Part shown: one piece after another, positions 1-12,809 of the stretch
Layout of the letters: every line of letters begins with the position of its first letter
Position numbering within the stretch: position 1 is the stretch's first letter
Assembly: GCA_036867785.1 (NCBI GenBank)
Contig: CP145415.1
Span: 1 to 64,000, forward strand
Reading direction: 5' to 3'
From: Plasmodiophora brassicae
Lineage: Eukaryota
DNA: 64,000 nt
The notes under the pieces: model-generated
Told to the model about the DNA's origin: nothing
The model's database searches: none
Seen by the model: only the letters and a program-made list of their open reading frames with translations
Program-made: the position numbers and the translations under genes

Positions 1-487
1 CCTAAACCCTAAACAACCCCTAAAACCCTAAAACCCTAAAACCCTAAAACCCTAAAACCCTAAAACCCTAAAAAACCCTAAAACCCTAAAACCCTAAAAC
101 CCTAAAACCCTAAAACCCTAAAAAACCCTAAAACCCTAAAACCCTAAAACCCTAAAAAACCCTAAAACCCTAAAAACCCTAAAACCCTAAAACCCTAAAA
201 CCCTAAAACCCTAAAACCCTAAAACCCTAAAACCCTAAAACCCTAAAACCCTAAAACCCTAAAACCCTAAAACCCTAAAACCCTAAAACCCTAAAACCCT
301 AAAACCCTAAAACCCTAAAACCCTAAAACCCTAAAACCCTAAAACCCTAAAACCCTAAAAAACCCTAAAACCCTAAAACCCTAAAACCCTAAAAAAAACC
401 CTAAAAACCCTAAAAAACCCTAAAACCCTAAGCCCCTAAAAAAAACCCCTAAAAAACCCTAAAAACCCTAAAAAACCCTAAAAACCC
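1..487. repeat. Telomeric repeat array (CCCTAAAA)n, i.e. TTTTAGGG on the minus strand; chromosome end
   Basis: Dozens of tandem CCCTAAAA units run from base 1. A-run length varies near both ends of the array. The array stops abruptly at 487 (aaaaccc|gttaaatg). Confidence 0.98.
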
Positions 488-3400
488 GTTAAATGCAGGC
501 GGTAGTATTCCAAGGTCTCACGCCACAACGCGTCGAGCACATTGACGCGGACGCGATCGCCTCGTGAAACAGCGTCGTGATCAGCATCGGCAGGATGACC
601 CGTGTCTTGCCCAAACCCATGTTCAGCTGCGAGATCGCTCCAGGGTTGTCCAGCAGGTGCCGACCCATCGCGTATTGTTCGGGCCGGATCTGGATGTCGC
701 CCTCGACTTCAAACACGAGCCAACCGGCGTGCTGCGACGTGTCCCATTGTCGAAAAGTCTCCAATTCGCGGATCTGCATGGCTTCATTGCCTTCATACTG
801 GACGACGCGACGAAGACGGCCGCGTAGGACGAGCAGCTCTAGGAATGTCAACGTCGCCGACCGGTAATCGTCACGGGCGTCTGGGCTGAGGAATGGCATC
901 AGCTCTGTGCATTCTGGAGCGGGTAGAGCGATTCGAAGCAGATCGGTGAAACAGAGGACTGGCGCCCGATTCGACAGCAGAAGCCATTCGTAGACAGGAT
1001 CGCGGTTATCGGTAAGGACTGTTTTCAGGAATCGATGCTGCACGTCGATCAGCGTGTCCACAACGGCCGCCATGCGCCTGACGGTGGCCATGATGCCGAC
1101 CTCGGACGACCGCTGTGGGCGAGGAAGCTGATGGTGTTTGCCCCATGACGCTTGGAGGTCGGCGAGAATCTCTTTGAACACCGCCGACGGCTGTTTCTTC
1201 GAATCAAGCGCACCGATTGGGAACTCGGGTACAGAATCGGACGGGTGGCGTTCGCTGTGAACAAGCAGGGCACGGAGCTCAGCCTCGAACTGGTTGACGA
1301 CGTCGCGACCAACTGGGCTGCGTGGCAATCGTTCGACTGTGTGTGGTACGCGATCCGATCGTACGACGACGGGATTCGACTGAGCAAATCGCCCCGGCCG
1401 GATGGATTCGCCAGGCAGCAGCCACTGGCGGAGACGGTTCGACTGGACGGGCGAACGCATCCTGGATCGAAGTTCGCCAAACGATGCATTCAGGAGGTCG
1501 GCTTCGGCAACACGTTGCGCATCAGGTCCTGGTTTCGCCTCTGCTGATTGCCCATTGGCGCGGTATATAAGCTCGAACGACGTCGTGTACCGGAGCAGGT
1601 CGTCGCATACGATCGCCAGAGTCGGCTCGCGATGACTGAACTCGGCGACATTGGCGAGCCTGCCGCGCTCGACGTCGGACAGGGGCCGATTGACCCAGCA
1701 CTGGCGAACGAGTTGCAGGGCGGCCTCGGAGCCGGTCATGCCCAGCAGGGGTTCCGGCACCATGGTCCCCGCAGCAGCCAGGATGGCGGCCATCTGCAGA
1801 CGAGTCGCCAGCATGCCCGGTGCAGAGCACCGAAACGTTTGATGCAGGGCGTTCCACTCCATCGTCGTCGCGCTCAGTTTGGCAGCGCACCGATCGTCGC
1901 GTTTGTTGACAACGTCGCGTTTGTTGACAACGTCGCGTTTGTTGACAACGTCGCGTTTGTTGACAACGTCGCGTTCGATGCCAACGTCGCCACGTTCGTC
2001 GACGACGACTTTGCCGTCGGGGATCAACAAGGTCGCTGTCGACAATCCATTATCGCATGACGATGACATCGATCCGGGATCAACGAGCAGGAGATACGTT
2101 CGGAACAGTGGCAACATTGGCAGCTGTTGCTGCCACGACACAACCCGGCCGGCGTAGTCGTTGCTGATAATGACCTTCCGCTGCCTAATAACGCTGAACG
2201 AGAGCCTGTAGCGCGGCAGATCGATGAGCACGTCCGCATCCGCGCCTGTCGACAGAACGTGAATGAAGGCCGGATCCTCGAATTTGGCAAATACTTCGAG
2301 AATTTGAAGGAGCAACCCATCGCGCGGGTCTCGGGAAACATGGACAAATTTCTTCATGCCTTCCGATATGGCAAGCAGCTTGGGTAAGGGCAGGCATCGC
2401 TCCTGGAGCTCCACAGCACGGCACACTCCATTGCAAACGATAAAATCAACAGAGCGGCCGTCGAATGGGATCTCCCGAAACACCATAACCGGATGGTCCA
2501 GCTGATCGTCGACCAGAACCCAGTGACTGTGCATCCGATGTAGGCGAGCGGGAAGGTCCCCAAATGATTGTCGAATGACATCCGGGTCAACCAATTCGAG
2601 AGTCTGCTTCGTTGAGATGTTGATTTCGCAAAAGACGAGGCGGTCCGACCGAAGTTCGAATCTGTAGTAATACGACGTGTCAAGAGCACGCGTCGTTTCG
2701 AAGCTGGTCCCATTCGGGTGCGTGAAAACCTCGAATTGCCTGTTGCCAAAGTGTTGACCATACAAAGCGTTCCCAGTGACGTCGGGTGGCAAACGACCAG
2801 GTGGCGACCCGTTGACGAGAACGGTCCCGTCCAAAGCATTCAGCATGTAATGGTCGGAGCGTCCCTCGACAGAAACGCGGATCTCATAGCATTGCGTCGA
2901 ATCGTAACGTGACCATCCCGCCAGCGTCTCTGGAACGCTGTCGATAATGCATCGTAATGCATTCGTTAGGTCGCGGTCTTCAAGCAGCTCCAACATGGCG
3001 TCGATGCGGCGCGTCATGACGTATTCGACACCAATAAGGGCATCGCAAAGAGTGCGCTTTAAACCCTTGTCCGAAATATCATCAATGAAAACGAACGCAT
3101 TGTGATGACGAACAACCAGGGTGCATAACGAGGCAGCCTGTCTGTGCGACAATGTGCCCAGATCGGAAACGCTCAAGATGCCATACGCGAACATGAGACA
3201 CTGCTTGCACTTCAGAACAACAGCCTCTTCAGGAGTGATGCGTCCAGACTGCAGACGTTGCCCGAGCAGTTCAGCCCAATCGTTCGCGATGTCGGTGAAC
3301 TGAGGACGCAGGTCTTCCTTATGCGGCAGCTGCGATACAAAGGCGGCCAAAAGTGCCAGAATCGGAAAGTCACGATGATCGCGAATCGCCGGGCGTAGCC

Positions 3401-6194
3401 GTGTAGCAGACGCCGTCAGTACTTCGCCAAGGGCATCGACAAATTCAGGATTACGTAGATCCGAGTGCCACAGCGTCGAAATATCGTCAACGGGACGATC
3501 CTCAACGGGACCCATCTGGAACATTGCCATCCGGAGCAGTGTCTGAATGCAGGGACGTCCCAAGGGAAGTGTGCGATCGCGAAGGACGCCGGTAATTTTA
3601 CGAACCTGCTGGTAGGGGAATGAACGAAGGCCTGTGCACGCAAGGAACGACTTCACGTTGAGCCAGGGTGGACGGTTACTCCCGTTCAACTTCGAATACC
3701 CTTCGTTTCCTCGAGAACTCGGCTCGGTTGCGTCAACTGGAAATGCAAGGGCCCAGCTTAGTCGCTGGGCGTCTTCCGAATCGTGTAACGGCTCGATAAA
3801 CCAGGCACGTGTCGCGTGTTGGGTCACTCGGAACGGGTTGATCATCCCGGGTGGACTAAACATTGTTCCAAAGTCAGGGTACCACATGCATTGACGACAA
3901 GCGTCAACGGAACTCAGACAGTCGACATTGGACGGGCCGAAATGGTTGGGGACATGATAACCGGTGGCCTGCGGGCAAAGTACGAGATCACCGCTGACGC
4001 AGTGGTTCCCACCATGCTGGCTGTAGTACGATCGCCAGTCAGTTGTACCTCCCGGAAGCCGTTGACGCAAGTCACCGATCAAACTGGACGGCACCAACTT
4101 GGTTTGGGCGGCGAACAACAATTTGGCCAACGCGCGCAACGGCGTTGGCATCATGAAGAAGAAGATCACACACAAGGCAGAGCTGGATTCCTGAGGAAGC
4201 GGATTGGTGACGAAAGAAGGCGCCTTGAGTGCTGCAGTGATTCTGTTTCGGACGGTCTTAAGTTCGTTGCGCTTACGGAACACATCCTGGTCGTCGTGGT
4301 AAAGTCCGGGTCTAGCCTCCATTGCGGAGAGTTCGCGCTCCAATTCCGTCTCCACTTTCCGAAGTTCTTTAACACGCTCTTTCTTTTGCTGAACCGCATT
4401 CCAGTAACGCACTTGCCGACGTTGCGCGTCACTCGTTTCCAACTGCCACCGTCGCAGCATATCAGGATCGTTACGCGCGAACTCCTGCGCAAACCAGAGC
4501 GTTGCCTCCTGTCGGCCTGGATGGAACAGGGGGCGATCTTCTCGATTGACCGATTTAAGATACCGAACAATGGCAGAAACGCATCGACGACCGGTGATAT
4601 CGGCAACAACGAGATTGTCCAAATCTGATGGATTCAGCGGTGTTGATGTTGATCGAACCAGGGACCCGTATACGGGATGAAGAGCATTCTCGCGGTGTAC
4701 CCAGCAGTACGCAATCCAGGTAATAATAAGCTCGTGGCTCCGAATCAAGACGGCCATTGGATGAGAAACGCGAGCGAATTTGCCAAGCCATTTGCGAACC
4801 AGCTCACTGTACTGGTCGACAACATCGACGACGGCCAGCGTTTCACCATCGGATGAACACGGACGTGTTTGAGAGAATCCGCAGCGCGAGAACATGAATC
4901 GATCGACAACAGACAGAACGTACAGGGTGCCATCACGATCGCCGCCAGTTCGAAAACGGTCGTGCGACTGAATCCAAGATTTCAGTTCCTGAAACGACTG
5001 CCACTGCAGAGTAAGCGCCGACGGCATCCAGCCAATGTTGGACAGAGCGCGTTCCCGAGCCTCGCAACCGTCGGTAATTCGCGGCACTGCAGTACACGAC
5101 AGAGATTCAAGGAGCTCTTTCAAACCAACAGCCAGGAAGGAAACCTCGCCACAAGTTTGTTCTAGAATCCTAGCAGATTCGACGGCCCGCTGACACCAAC
5201 GTAAAGCGAGGTCGCCGAGTTGATTGCGAGCCGAACGAACGCGTGCGAAGATTGCTGTGTCCGCACCATCCGAGATGTGGCTTGAATAGTCGTCCAGGTA
5301 TTGCAGAACAGCGACAACCAATGAATCGATCATGGTCATGCATTCGTCGACAATGGGCGCTGACACAGCAACGTCGTCGACTGACAACGATTCCAAGTAC
5401 GACCCCAGAAGGTACAGCTTCAAGCTGAGAATAACTTTCTCCCAGAGCATAGGTGAATTCATCCGAGATTTCAGGGCGAAGATAGCCAGTGCCCACGACG
5501 TGGAACGAGGCCGACCACCGGTATGCATGCCGACATCGGTAGTGCCGCCGAACGGGTTGTCAAAGTATGGGATGTCGACATCGACATCAAGTAAACCTGC
5601 CTTGATCCGGCATATCGCTTCCCGAGCAACGCAGTCGACAAACATTGGGGTCTTCTGGTTTCCTTTGCCAAGGTTAGACGCCGAGCGGCGATCGCCAGTT
5701 GACTTCTTCTCAGACCGCTGTAGAAGACCGGTGACCAGCGGCTCAAGTTTCTGCCATTTGACAGCAGGAAATGTTCCCAAATCCGATTCGAAGTATCCCA
5801 TAGGAGAACACGTGTGTGCAGGTTCGTGCCTTCGCCGGTACACAATAGATTCCCAGCGATCCAACCCGATCAGATGCAGATGATAATCGAGGCCAATAGG
5901 AGACGTTTCAGCAACGATGACACAACCGTAGGAAGGGTACCAGAGCGGGCCACCAGCTCTTGGGTCCTTAGACACGAAATTCAGAGCAGTCGTCACCTCG
6001 TTGATTTCCTCAGGAGAAAAGGCATCCAGTTTGCCAAGAGACTCGCTCGATACATTGGTTGGACGAAGCACCGAGACGAACCGATGCAGACACTCTAGAG
6101 CGCTGCTAATCACGTCACGCGACTGATGTTCGCTGGGCACAACATGCCGGAATCGAAACACGTCGTTACCCAGCAAGGCATGCATTCCGTCCAC
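488..6194 (-). pseudogene. Large DUF3638-type protein gene (helicase-like P-loop region at the C-terminus), 3'-truncated by the telomere
   Basis: A 1901-aa intron-free ORF ends in WLVFEVEGDIQIRPEQY...ISQLNMGLGKTRVILPML, the start of the DUF3638 domain. A one-base frame change near 560 gives DRVRVNVLDALWRETLEYYRLHLTG, which runs straight into the telomere. The 5' end is unclear: the ORF starts on GTG, with stops and a minisatellite upstream. Confidence 0.7.
1895..1975. repeat. In-frame 18-bp tandem repeat (4.5 copies) encoding (RDVVNK)4
   Basis: cgtcgcgtttgttgacaa is repeated perfectly at 1895, 1913, 1931 and 1949, followed by a partial copy. Confidence 0.95.
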
Positions 6195-6264
6195 ACCGAG
6201 AATCCAAAGTGAGCACAGCGAGGGAGGTGTCTGCGTCCAGTTCCTCGCCAGTCGCCAAACTCAA

Positions 6265-6476
6265 AAATGGGGGCCCTGATTGCAGTGGGGGCCCTGATTG
6301 CGACGAGGTCGCCGAGGTCGTCGCCAAGGCCTCACCACAATGGGGGCCCTGATTGCGACGACGTCGCCGCCGAGGCCTCACCACAATGGGGGCCCTGATT
6401 GCGACGACGTCGCCGCCGAGGCCTCACCACAATGGGGGGCCCTGATTGCGACGACGTCACCGCCAAGGCCCCACCA
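6265..6476. repeat. 46-bp minisatellite (about 4 copies plus a partial one)
   Basis: The unit caatgggggccctgattgcgacgacgtcgccgccgaggcctcacca starts at 6338, 6384 and 6430. Degenerate copies begin from 6265. Confidence 0.93.
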
Positions 6477-6833
6477 AACTTGATGGCATCTTGCCATCCA
6501 CCTACTGTATGAGGTACGTGTCGTGGCGCGCCCGCGGGTTCACGGTCCTCCAGGAATTGCAGGAACTATGTACCAAGATAGCGACGTCTTGACGTCGGAG
6601 GCCATCCTCCGCCAGTAACGTTATATTGCACGATGGTAACGTATTCCAATGGCAATCGAAAACCCTCCACCTCTGCCGTCTTCGTAGTCACCGAATGTTA
6701 CTCGGCTAGCATTGGACGGCGCCGCGATCTCTCTCGTTGACTGCTTGGAGGGCCAGGTTGTAAGAGCGTCGTATTATGTTAACGAGGTGGTGTCGCGTCG
6801 CCTGGGAGAAGCTCTGCCGTGTCGGGGAGATGC

Positions 6834-7152
6834 ACCGTTATCTCGAAAATTTTTCTTAAAGGAACGGCCCGTAACAAGTGTATGTCGGCTCCCCGGCATA
6901 GGCGGTATGGCGAAAGAGGTCCGACAAGAGTGCAGTCGACAAGTCCGAGCGAATCACGTCCCGTTCCGATATCGTCCAAGGCGCGATGAACCCAGTACAA
7001 AGGTGACGGGCCGGCACTGCCAGGCCGGGGGATGTTGGCGTTCTGCTGCTGATCCTTCGATCCTCGGACTCGAGACCGAGGCGCCTGCGTGAAAGGAAAA
7101 AAGCGCGAAAAACAAATAAAACCAAACCAAAACCAAACCGTTATCTCGAAAA
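6834..7152 (+). mobile_element. Short retroposed insertion (SINE or 5'-truncated LINE end) with a 16-bp target-site duplication and A-rich tail
   Basis: accgttatctcgaaaa occurs at 6834-6849 and 7137-7152. The 287 bp between them end in gaaaggaaaaaagcgcgaaaaacaaataaaaccaaaccaaaaccaa. Confidence 0.6.
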
Positions 7153-8037
7153 GACAGGGCATGCTTGGCACCACGATCCCTTCGCTAAGAAAATAAATCG
7201 ATCCAAGGGCTGAAGGATTAATACCTCGTTGTGACACCTACACGTACGATTCACCATTGACGTCGAGTCCGAGTCCGAGACCGAGAGCACCAGCTCTGGC
7301 GAGAGCGATGATGAGGACAGCGATTTCTCAAGCGATTCTGATCATGCGATCGGCGGGCGGCCAGGGCGCCGCCTCGAGCAGGTCGGCGCAACGCTGGCCC
7401 CGCCCCGCCCAGCTAGGCAGGACGACTGCTGCCCTGCGGGTACTCATGCTGGACAGGCGTCGGCAGGCGGCGGCCGACGTGTCCTGTCCAGGCTGAATTT
7501 ATGGCGTTATCCGAAGGTCAGCTGTCGAACGCTCTCGTCCTCGAAGTCTGCTGAATATGCACTGTGCATCGGAACGATCAGCGATGGACGAAAAGATGCC
7601 ATTCCTGGCGCAGTTGTCCTTGAAGGTGCTGTACCTCGCGGCTTTGCGCGACGAAGCCATGCAGGAACGCGCACGCCGTTTCTGTGAACGCCGACGGAAT
7701 GCCGATATACAATCAAGTACAGAGGCAGTTGATGACGCTGCGAGACTGTCCAGGATCCAACTGGCAGGGCGACTTCGACGGCCGAGAACTGACGTAAACC
7801 GAAGATACTGCCAGTTACGAGCACACCACGTACGTCCATCTGTTCCCTGTTGTCAGGTACGCTGTGCGTCTTCCTGCTTACCGGGGGATAGGGGCCCAAA
7901 GTGGCGCACGGTAGTGGGGTCATGCAGTGTGCAGCCACGCGGACACCGCACATTCCTGATCTGGCCATCTGAAACCTGTCCAGTGAGCCGATCTGGCCGG
8001 GTGGGCCGCGTAAACGGGCGACCCGCTGACGTTTAGT

Positions 8038-11000
8038 ATGGCATTGCCGGCAGAGTCATCGGGGCTGTCAGCTGGCGATGTGCCACTTGACAGCATCCAT
8101 GCGGTCGACGCATCCTCGGGAAGGTTGGCGCCGGAAGCCGCTGAGGCGAACCACGCCAAACCTTTCAAGCTTACCCCGAGCAATGTCGTTTCCGATGTGC
8201 TGTTCGCATGGGTGTTCTGGCTCCTGTGGCGGTGTCTTGGCCAAGGAGCACAGAATGTCCCCGTTCAACTTGGGACGCGCGATCGCTCCGCGAATACGAC
8301 AGCAACATTTCGGAAGGCCTACGAACAGGATCAGGAATTGTTGAAGGCCCTGTGGAAGGTCTTTGGTTCCCAGCTCCTTGCGATGGGACTGTGGAAAGTC
8401 GTATGGACGATCTGCACCTGGGCGGGTGCTTTCTACCTACTCGAGCAGCTGATGCTCAAACAGCGCATGTCCATTGCTGTATCTCTGCTCATCACGACGG
8501 TCGTCAGTGCTGTCGCCATCCAGGTTCAATTCTACTATATCTGCTTCCGCTCTCTGATCCCGATCTGACTGTGCATTGTAGAGACTGTACGGCGGCACGT
8601 ACAGCGTTGGATTACGAGTCAAGGCGTGTTTGATCGACATCGTATACCGGAAAGCGCTCGTACTCCCTCCTGCCAGTGTTGACGTTGGACACGTTGTGGC
8701 GATCATGGCCACCAGTGTAGAGGCTGTGGCCGATGCCGTATCGCATTTCCATTTGTAACTTCGCTCTCATTGAAAACACTTTTCCTTTCTCATTTGCCTT
8801 AGTCTATGGTCAGGGTGCCTAGAGGTCTTGCTCGTCCTCGGTCTAGCTGTCTACCTGGCCGGGTTACGTGCGGCGATTGCGCCTGCTGTCGTTATCGTCG
8901 CGTTCGTGGTGCCTGTCCAGCTATTGCTGGGCCACTTCCTCAGTCGGGCATCCGTCTTGTTCGTCACTGCCGCCAGCGAAAGGCTTCGTTTGATGACGGA
9001 AATTCTGACTGCCATCAAGCTGGTAAAGTTTTACGTGTGGGAAAAGGCCATCCTTGAGCGTTTTGAAACGGTTCGAACTCGCGAAGCACGAGCCGCTTCG
9101 TTCCAGATGTTGGCTCGCGCCATTAATTTCGCGTTCGTTTTCGGGGCACCTGTTCTGACAACGTTGTCATGCTTGCTCGTTCTTCAACTCACTGGGGCGC
9201 GACTGGATCCCGTCCTGGCATTCACACTGGTGTCGGTCTTCAATACGCTTCGATACCCGCTCCTGCTCTTGCCGATGACTGTCAAAGCGTTGTCGAAATC
9301 GCGTAATGCGCTCCTGATCATGGATGAGTTTCTCGCGCGTCCAGAGCTGGTCGATCAGCGTGATCAGGCGTGCCCTACTGGATGCATCGAACTCCACTCA
9401 ACGTCGTCTCGCTGGGAAGGTGCCCGGTCGGACACCCTGTCCGGCATGACAGTTCGTGTTGGCCCGGGTGAAATCCTTGCCGTTGTCGGCGACGTTGGCT
9501 GTGGCAAAAGCAGTCTGATCGCAACAATGCTGGGACAGATGCCGATCACATCGGGAGGCGTGTCTGTCAACGGCACGATATCGTATTGCCCGCAGGAGGC
9601 CTGGCTCATCAACGCGACGATCCGGGAGAACATTCTGTTTGGAACGGAATGGGACGCAAAGAGGTACTCTGAGGTGATTCGGATTTGCGCTCTCGAGCGG
9701 GACCTTTCCCTGTTTGTGGATGGCGATCAGTTTCATATCTGCGAACTTGGAGCGAACCTGTCTGGGGGTCAACGACAACGCGTATCGATGGCTCGTGCCG
9801 TCTACAGCCGCAGCGACATTGTCGTTCTCGACGACCCGTTGAGCGCGCTTGACCAGAGCGTCGGGCGTCACGTCTTCGACGACTGTATCAAAGAATTCCT
9901 TGCCGATCGAGCCGTTGTGCTGGTCACCCATCAGCTTCAGTACCTACCTCAGTGCAGTGGTGTCGTGGTGATGGTTGACGGGAAACTTGGCGAGTATGGC
10001 AAATTCGACGAACTGATGGTGCGACGCGAAGGACGCCTGCGCTTACTCATGCAACAGTTCAGTACGGAAATGCATGTCCCTGAAGCCATCGACGAAGCCC
10101 TTCTGGAGGTCATTCGTGTCCCAAGCGGGACGACCTTCTCGCTGTGCGAATCCTTGCCCGACCTGTCGAAAAGCCAAGAACAAGGGCGGCAGCCGATTTC
10201 CACCACTGTCGTTGAACTCACCGATGCCGTTGTGCACCAGTCATCGCCGTCAATGGTCACAGCAACGAACGAGCGCGCGATCGAACGAATTGCCGAGTAC
10301 AATCGTCATCTGAAGGCCGATGCTCTGGCGGTTGACGAGGCGACGCTGAGTAAGAAGGCGGAGTACGATCAGAAGTCGCTCTTCGTCACGAGGTACCTTC
10401 CTGCTCCACGGAAAGGTCATGATCTGGACTTCTCACGTACTGTCAGCCTCAGCATGTATGTTTGCCGTTTCATAGTATCTCTCGGTTTACTGATCGCGCC
10501 CGGACAGGATACGACCATTGACAACTGTGCCGCAGCCATTTGTAAGAGGCGGCACAGACATGGCCTCACTGGATGCCACCGAATGGGTTCGCCCCCATCG
10601 AACCTGGTACCGTTACATGCGTCAGACAGGAGGCGTTTCCTGTGCGATCACTCTGTTTCTTGTCTTCTGGGCTGTACACGGTCTTCGAATCGGAATCGAC
10701 ATTTGGGTCAAGGTCTGGCTGAGCCTGCCCAATTCCCCGTACAAGTCGGTGTCATTGGGGCCAACCAACGACGTGATCATCTACTCTGCCTTGTGCGTAT
10801 CGTTTATCTGTGGTGTTGCTGGACGTGGGATTTGGCTGGCGCGCGCTACAGGAGCCAAGGCTCGCGCTTTACACGATTCCGTGCTAAAGCGTCTAATCCG
10901 CGCGCCAATGTCGTTCTACGACGACACCCCGCTGGGACGAATACTTCAGTCCATCTCGAAGCACCAGGGCGATGCCGATGATCGACTCCCGGATTCGCTC

Positions 11001-12529
11001 ATGCAGTGGATGCAGTACCTTCCTCTCGCTGTCGGTTCACCGATTGTTATGACTGCACAAAGTTCGGCCCCGCTGTTGATGTTCGCCTTCGTTGTTCTCC
11101 TGGTTGTCAATGCCACGATTATCGTGTGGTTTACAAGGAAGTCTGGCGCTCTCGTGCACTTTCTGGATCGCCAGGCGGCGGCCAAGACGATGCTCTATTC
11201 GCATGTGACAGCGAGTCTTGTGGGCCTGTCGTCGATTCGGGCGTTTCGCGCCCAAGATCGATTCAACAGCATTCTTCGCGATCGACTGGACAACGCTACC
11301 TGTTCCGACCTCGCCACTCAGTCCGTTCGGTTCTTCGTCGCGCTCTATATTGACGTGATCTGTTCCGCGACGATCTTTGTCAACGCTGCCTTGTTTGTTG
11401 TCTATCCGAGTGATGCGGCGACAATCGGTCTGTCCCTGTCCAACGCGCTCGAGATTCTTGTTTTCGTTGGGTGGTCGCTAAGGATGTGGGAGGAAGCATC
11501 GTCTTCGATGCAGTCGGTCGGCAACCTCCAGTTCCTGGCAGCGAAGCTCCCATCCGAGGCACCGGCTGTTATTCCTTCAGCGCGTCCCGATCGAGCATGG
11601 CCGCAAGCTGGCAGCGTCGCCTTCCACGACGTCGTCCTGCGATACTCGCTGTTCGGCGTAGCTGTACTGAAGCGTGTCAGTTTCGCAATCAAACCGATGG
11701 AGAAGATCGGCATCGTCGGGCGAACTGTAGACCCCGTTTATTGTCTGTTAACCGTTTAGCTTGCAACTAACGCAGTGTCGGTTCGTAGGGGTCGGGCAAA
11801 TCCACGCTGCTGGTCGCTCTCATGCGAATCGTTGAGTTGTCCGCTGGTCGGATCACCATCGATGGCGTGGACATATCCAAGATCGGCTTGGAAGACCTAC
11901 GAAGTCGGATTGCGATCATTCCTCAGGAATCGGTCATGCTCTCGGGCACAGTCCGTGACAGCCTCGACATGAAGAACGTGCTCAGTGATGCCGAACTCTG
12001 GCACGCGTTGGATGCTGTCAATTTAGGCGCCGTCATTCGGGGGTTGCCGGACGGCTTGAATTCCCACGTTGTCGAAAGCGGACCTCGGCTCTCGCTCGGT
12101 CAGCGTCAGCTCTTCTGTATCGCACGTGCGATCCTGATGAAGGCTCGCGTTGTCGTTCTCGATGAGGCGACGGCGTCGATTGACACCAGAACGGATGCGC
12201 TGGTGCAGAAGGCGATTGCCGAGAATTTCGCGGACAGTACCGTCCTCACCATTGCGCACCGCCTGAACACGATCATTCAGTCGGACCGGGTCCTTATGAT
12301 GAGCGCCGGCAGGATCGTCGAGTTTGACAGGCCTGCAACGCTTCTCGACAACCCGGGCGGCGCGTTCTTCTCTCTCGTCGAACAGACCGGCCCGCAGTCG
12401 GCACGGAAGCTCAAGCAACTCGCACTGGAAAAGCGCCAATTCGACGACAGCCGCGTTCACACCCGGCCCGACAGCTTTTCCTCCAGAAGCCTTGCTCGCC
12501 GAACCGAGCCAGCCCAGGATGCCATGTAG
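8038..12529 (+). CDS. ABC transporter, ABCC/MRP subfamily (TMD-NBD-TMD-NBD), multi-exon
   Basis: NBD1 has GDVGCGKSS, LSGGQRQR and VVLDD. NBD2 has GRT|GSGKS, LSLGQRQL, VVLDEAT and TIAHRL. TMD motifs ERLRLMTEILTAIKLVKFYVWE and FYDDTPLGRIL are present. GT-AG introns near 8524, 8755, 10456 and 11727 join the frames. Confidence 0.95.
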
Positions 12530-12809
12530 TGGGCAGGTGTATTTATCGTGCGCACTACAGCGCCTGCTTCTTAACCGCGTCATGGACCATGCCGCCGATG
12601 GAGAATGAATGTGTTGTACAATCGCCACTGTTGCAGCCCCGTTCAGGGAGAGCCCGCATGGGGCAATGTTACTGGGCGTCATGCGCAGCCGCTGATGCTC
12701 GTGGTGTTGATCGTCGGTGATGTCCGACTCGCAGTTAATCAGTCGCCATGTCAAATGATGGAAATACAAATCTAGAACGTGTGCAGTTTACTTCATCTTA
12801 TCCTATGCA

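Noticed and set aside
1-487. Variant telomere units as a biological signal
   Set aside because: The variants are mostly homopolymer-length changes, which cannot be told apart from long-read errors without raw data.
7257-8036. Small gene(s) upstream of the ABC transporter
   Set aside because: Short ORFs with possible splice sites but no recognisable motif or consistent model.
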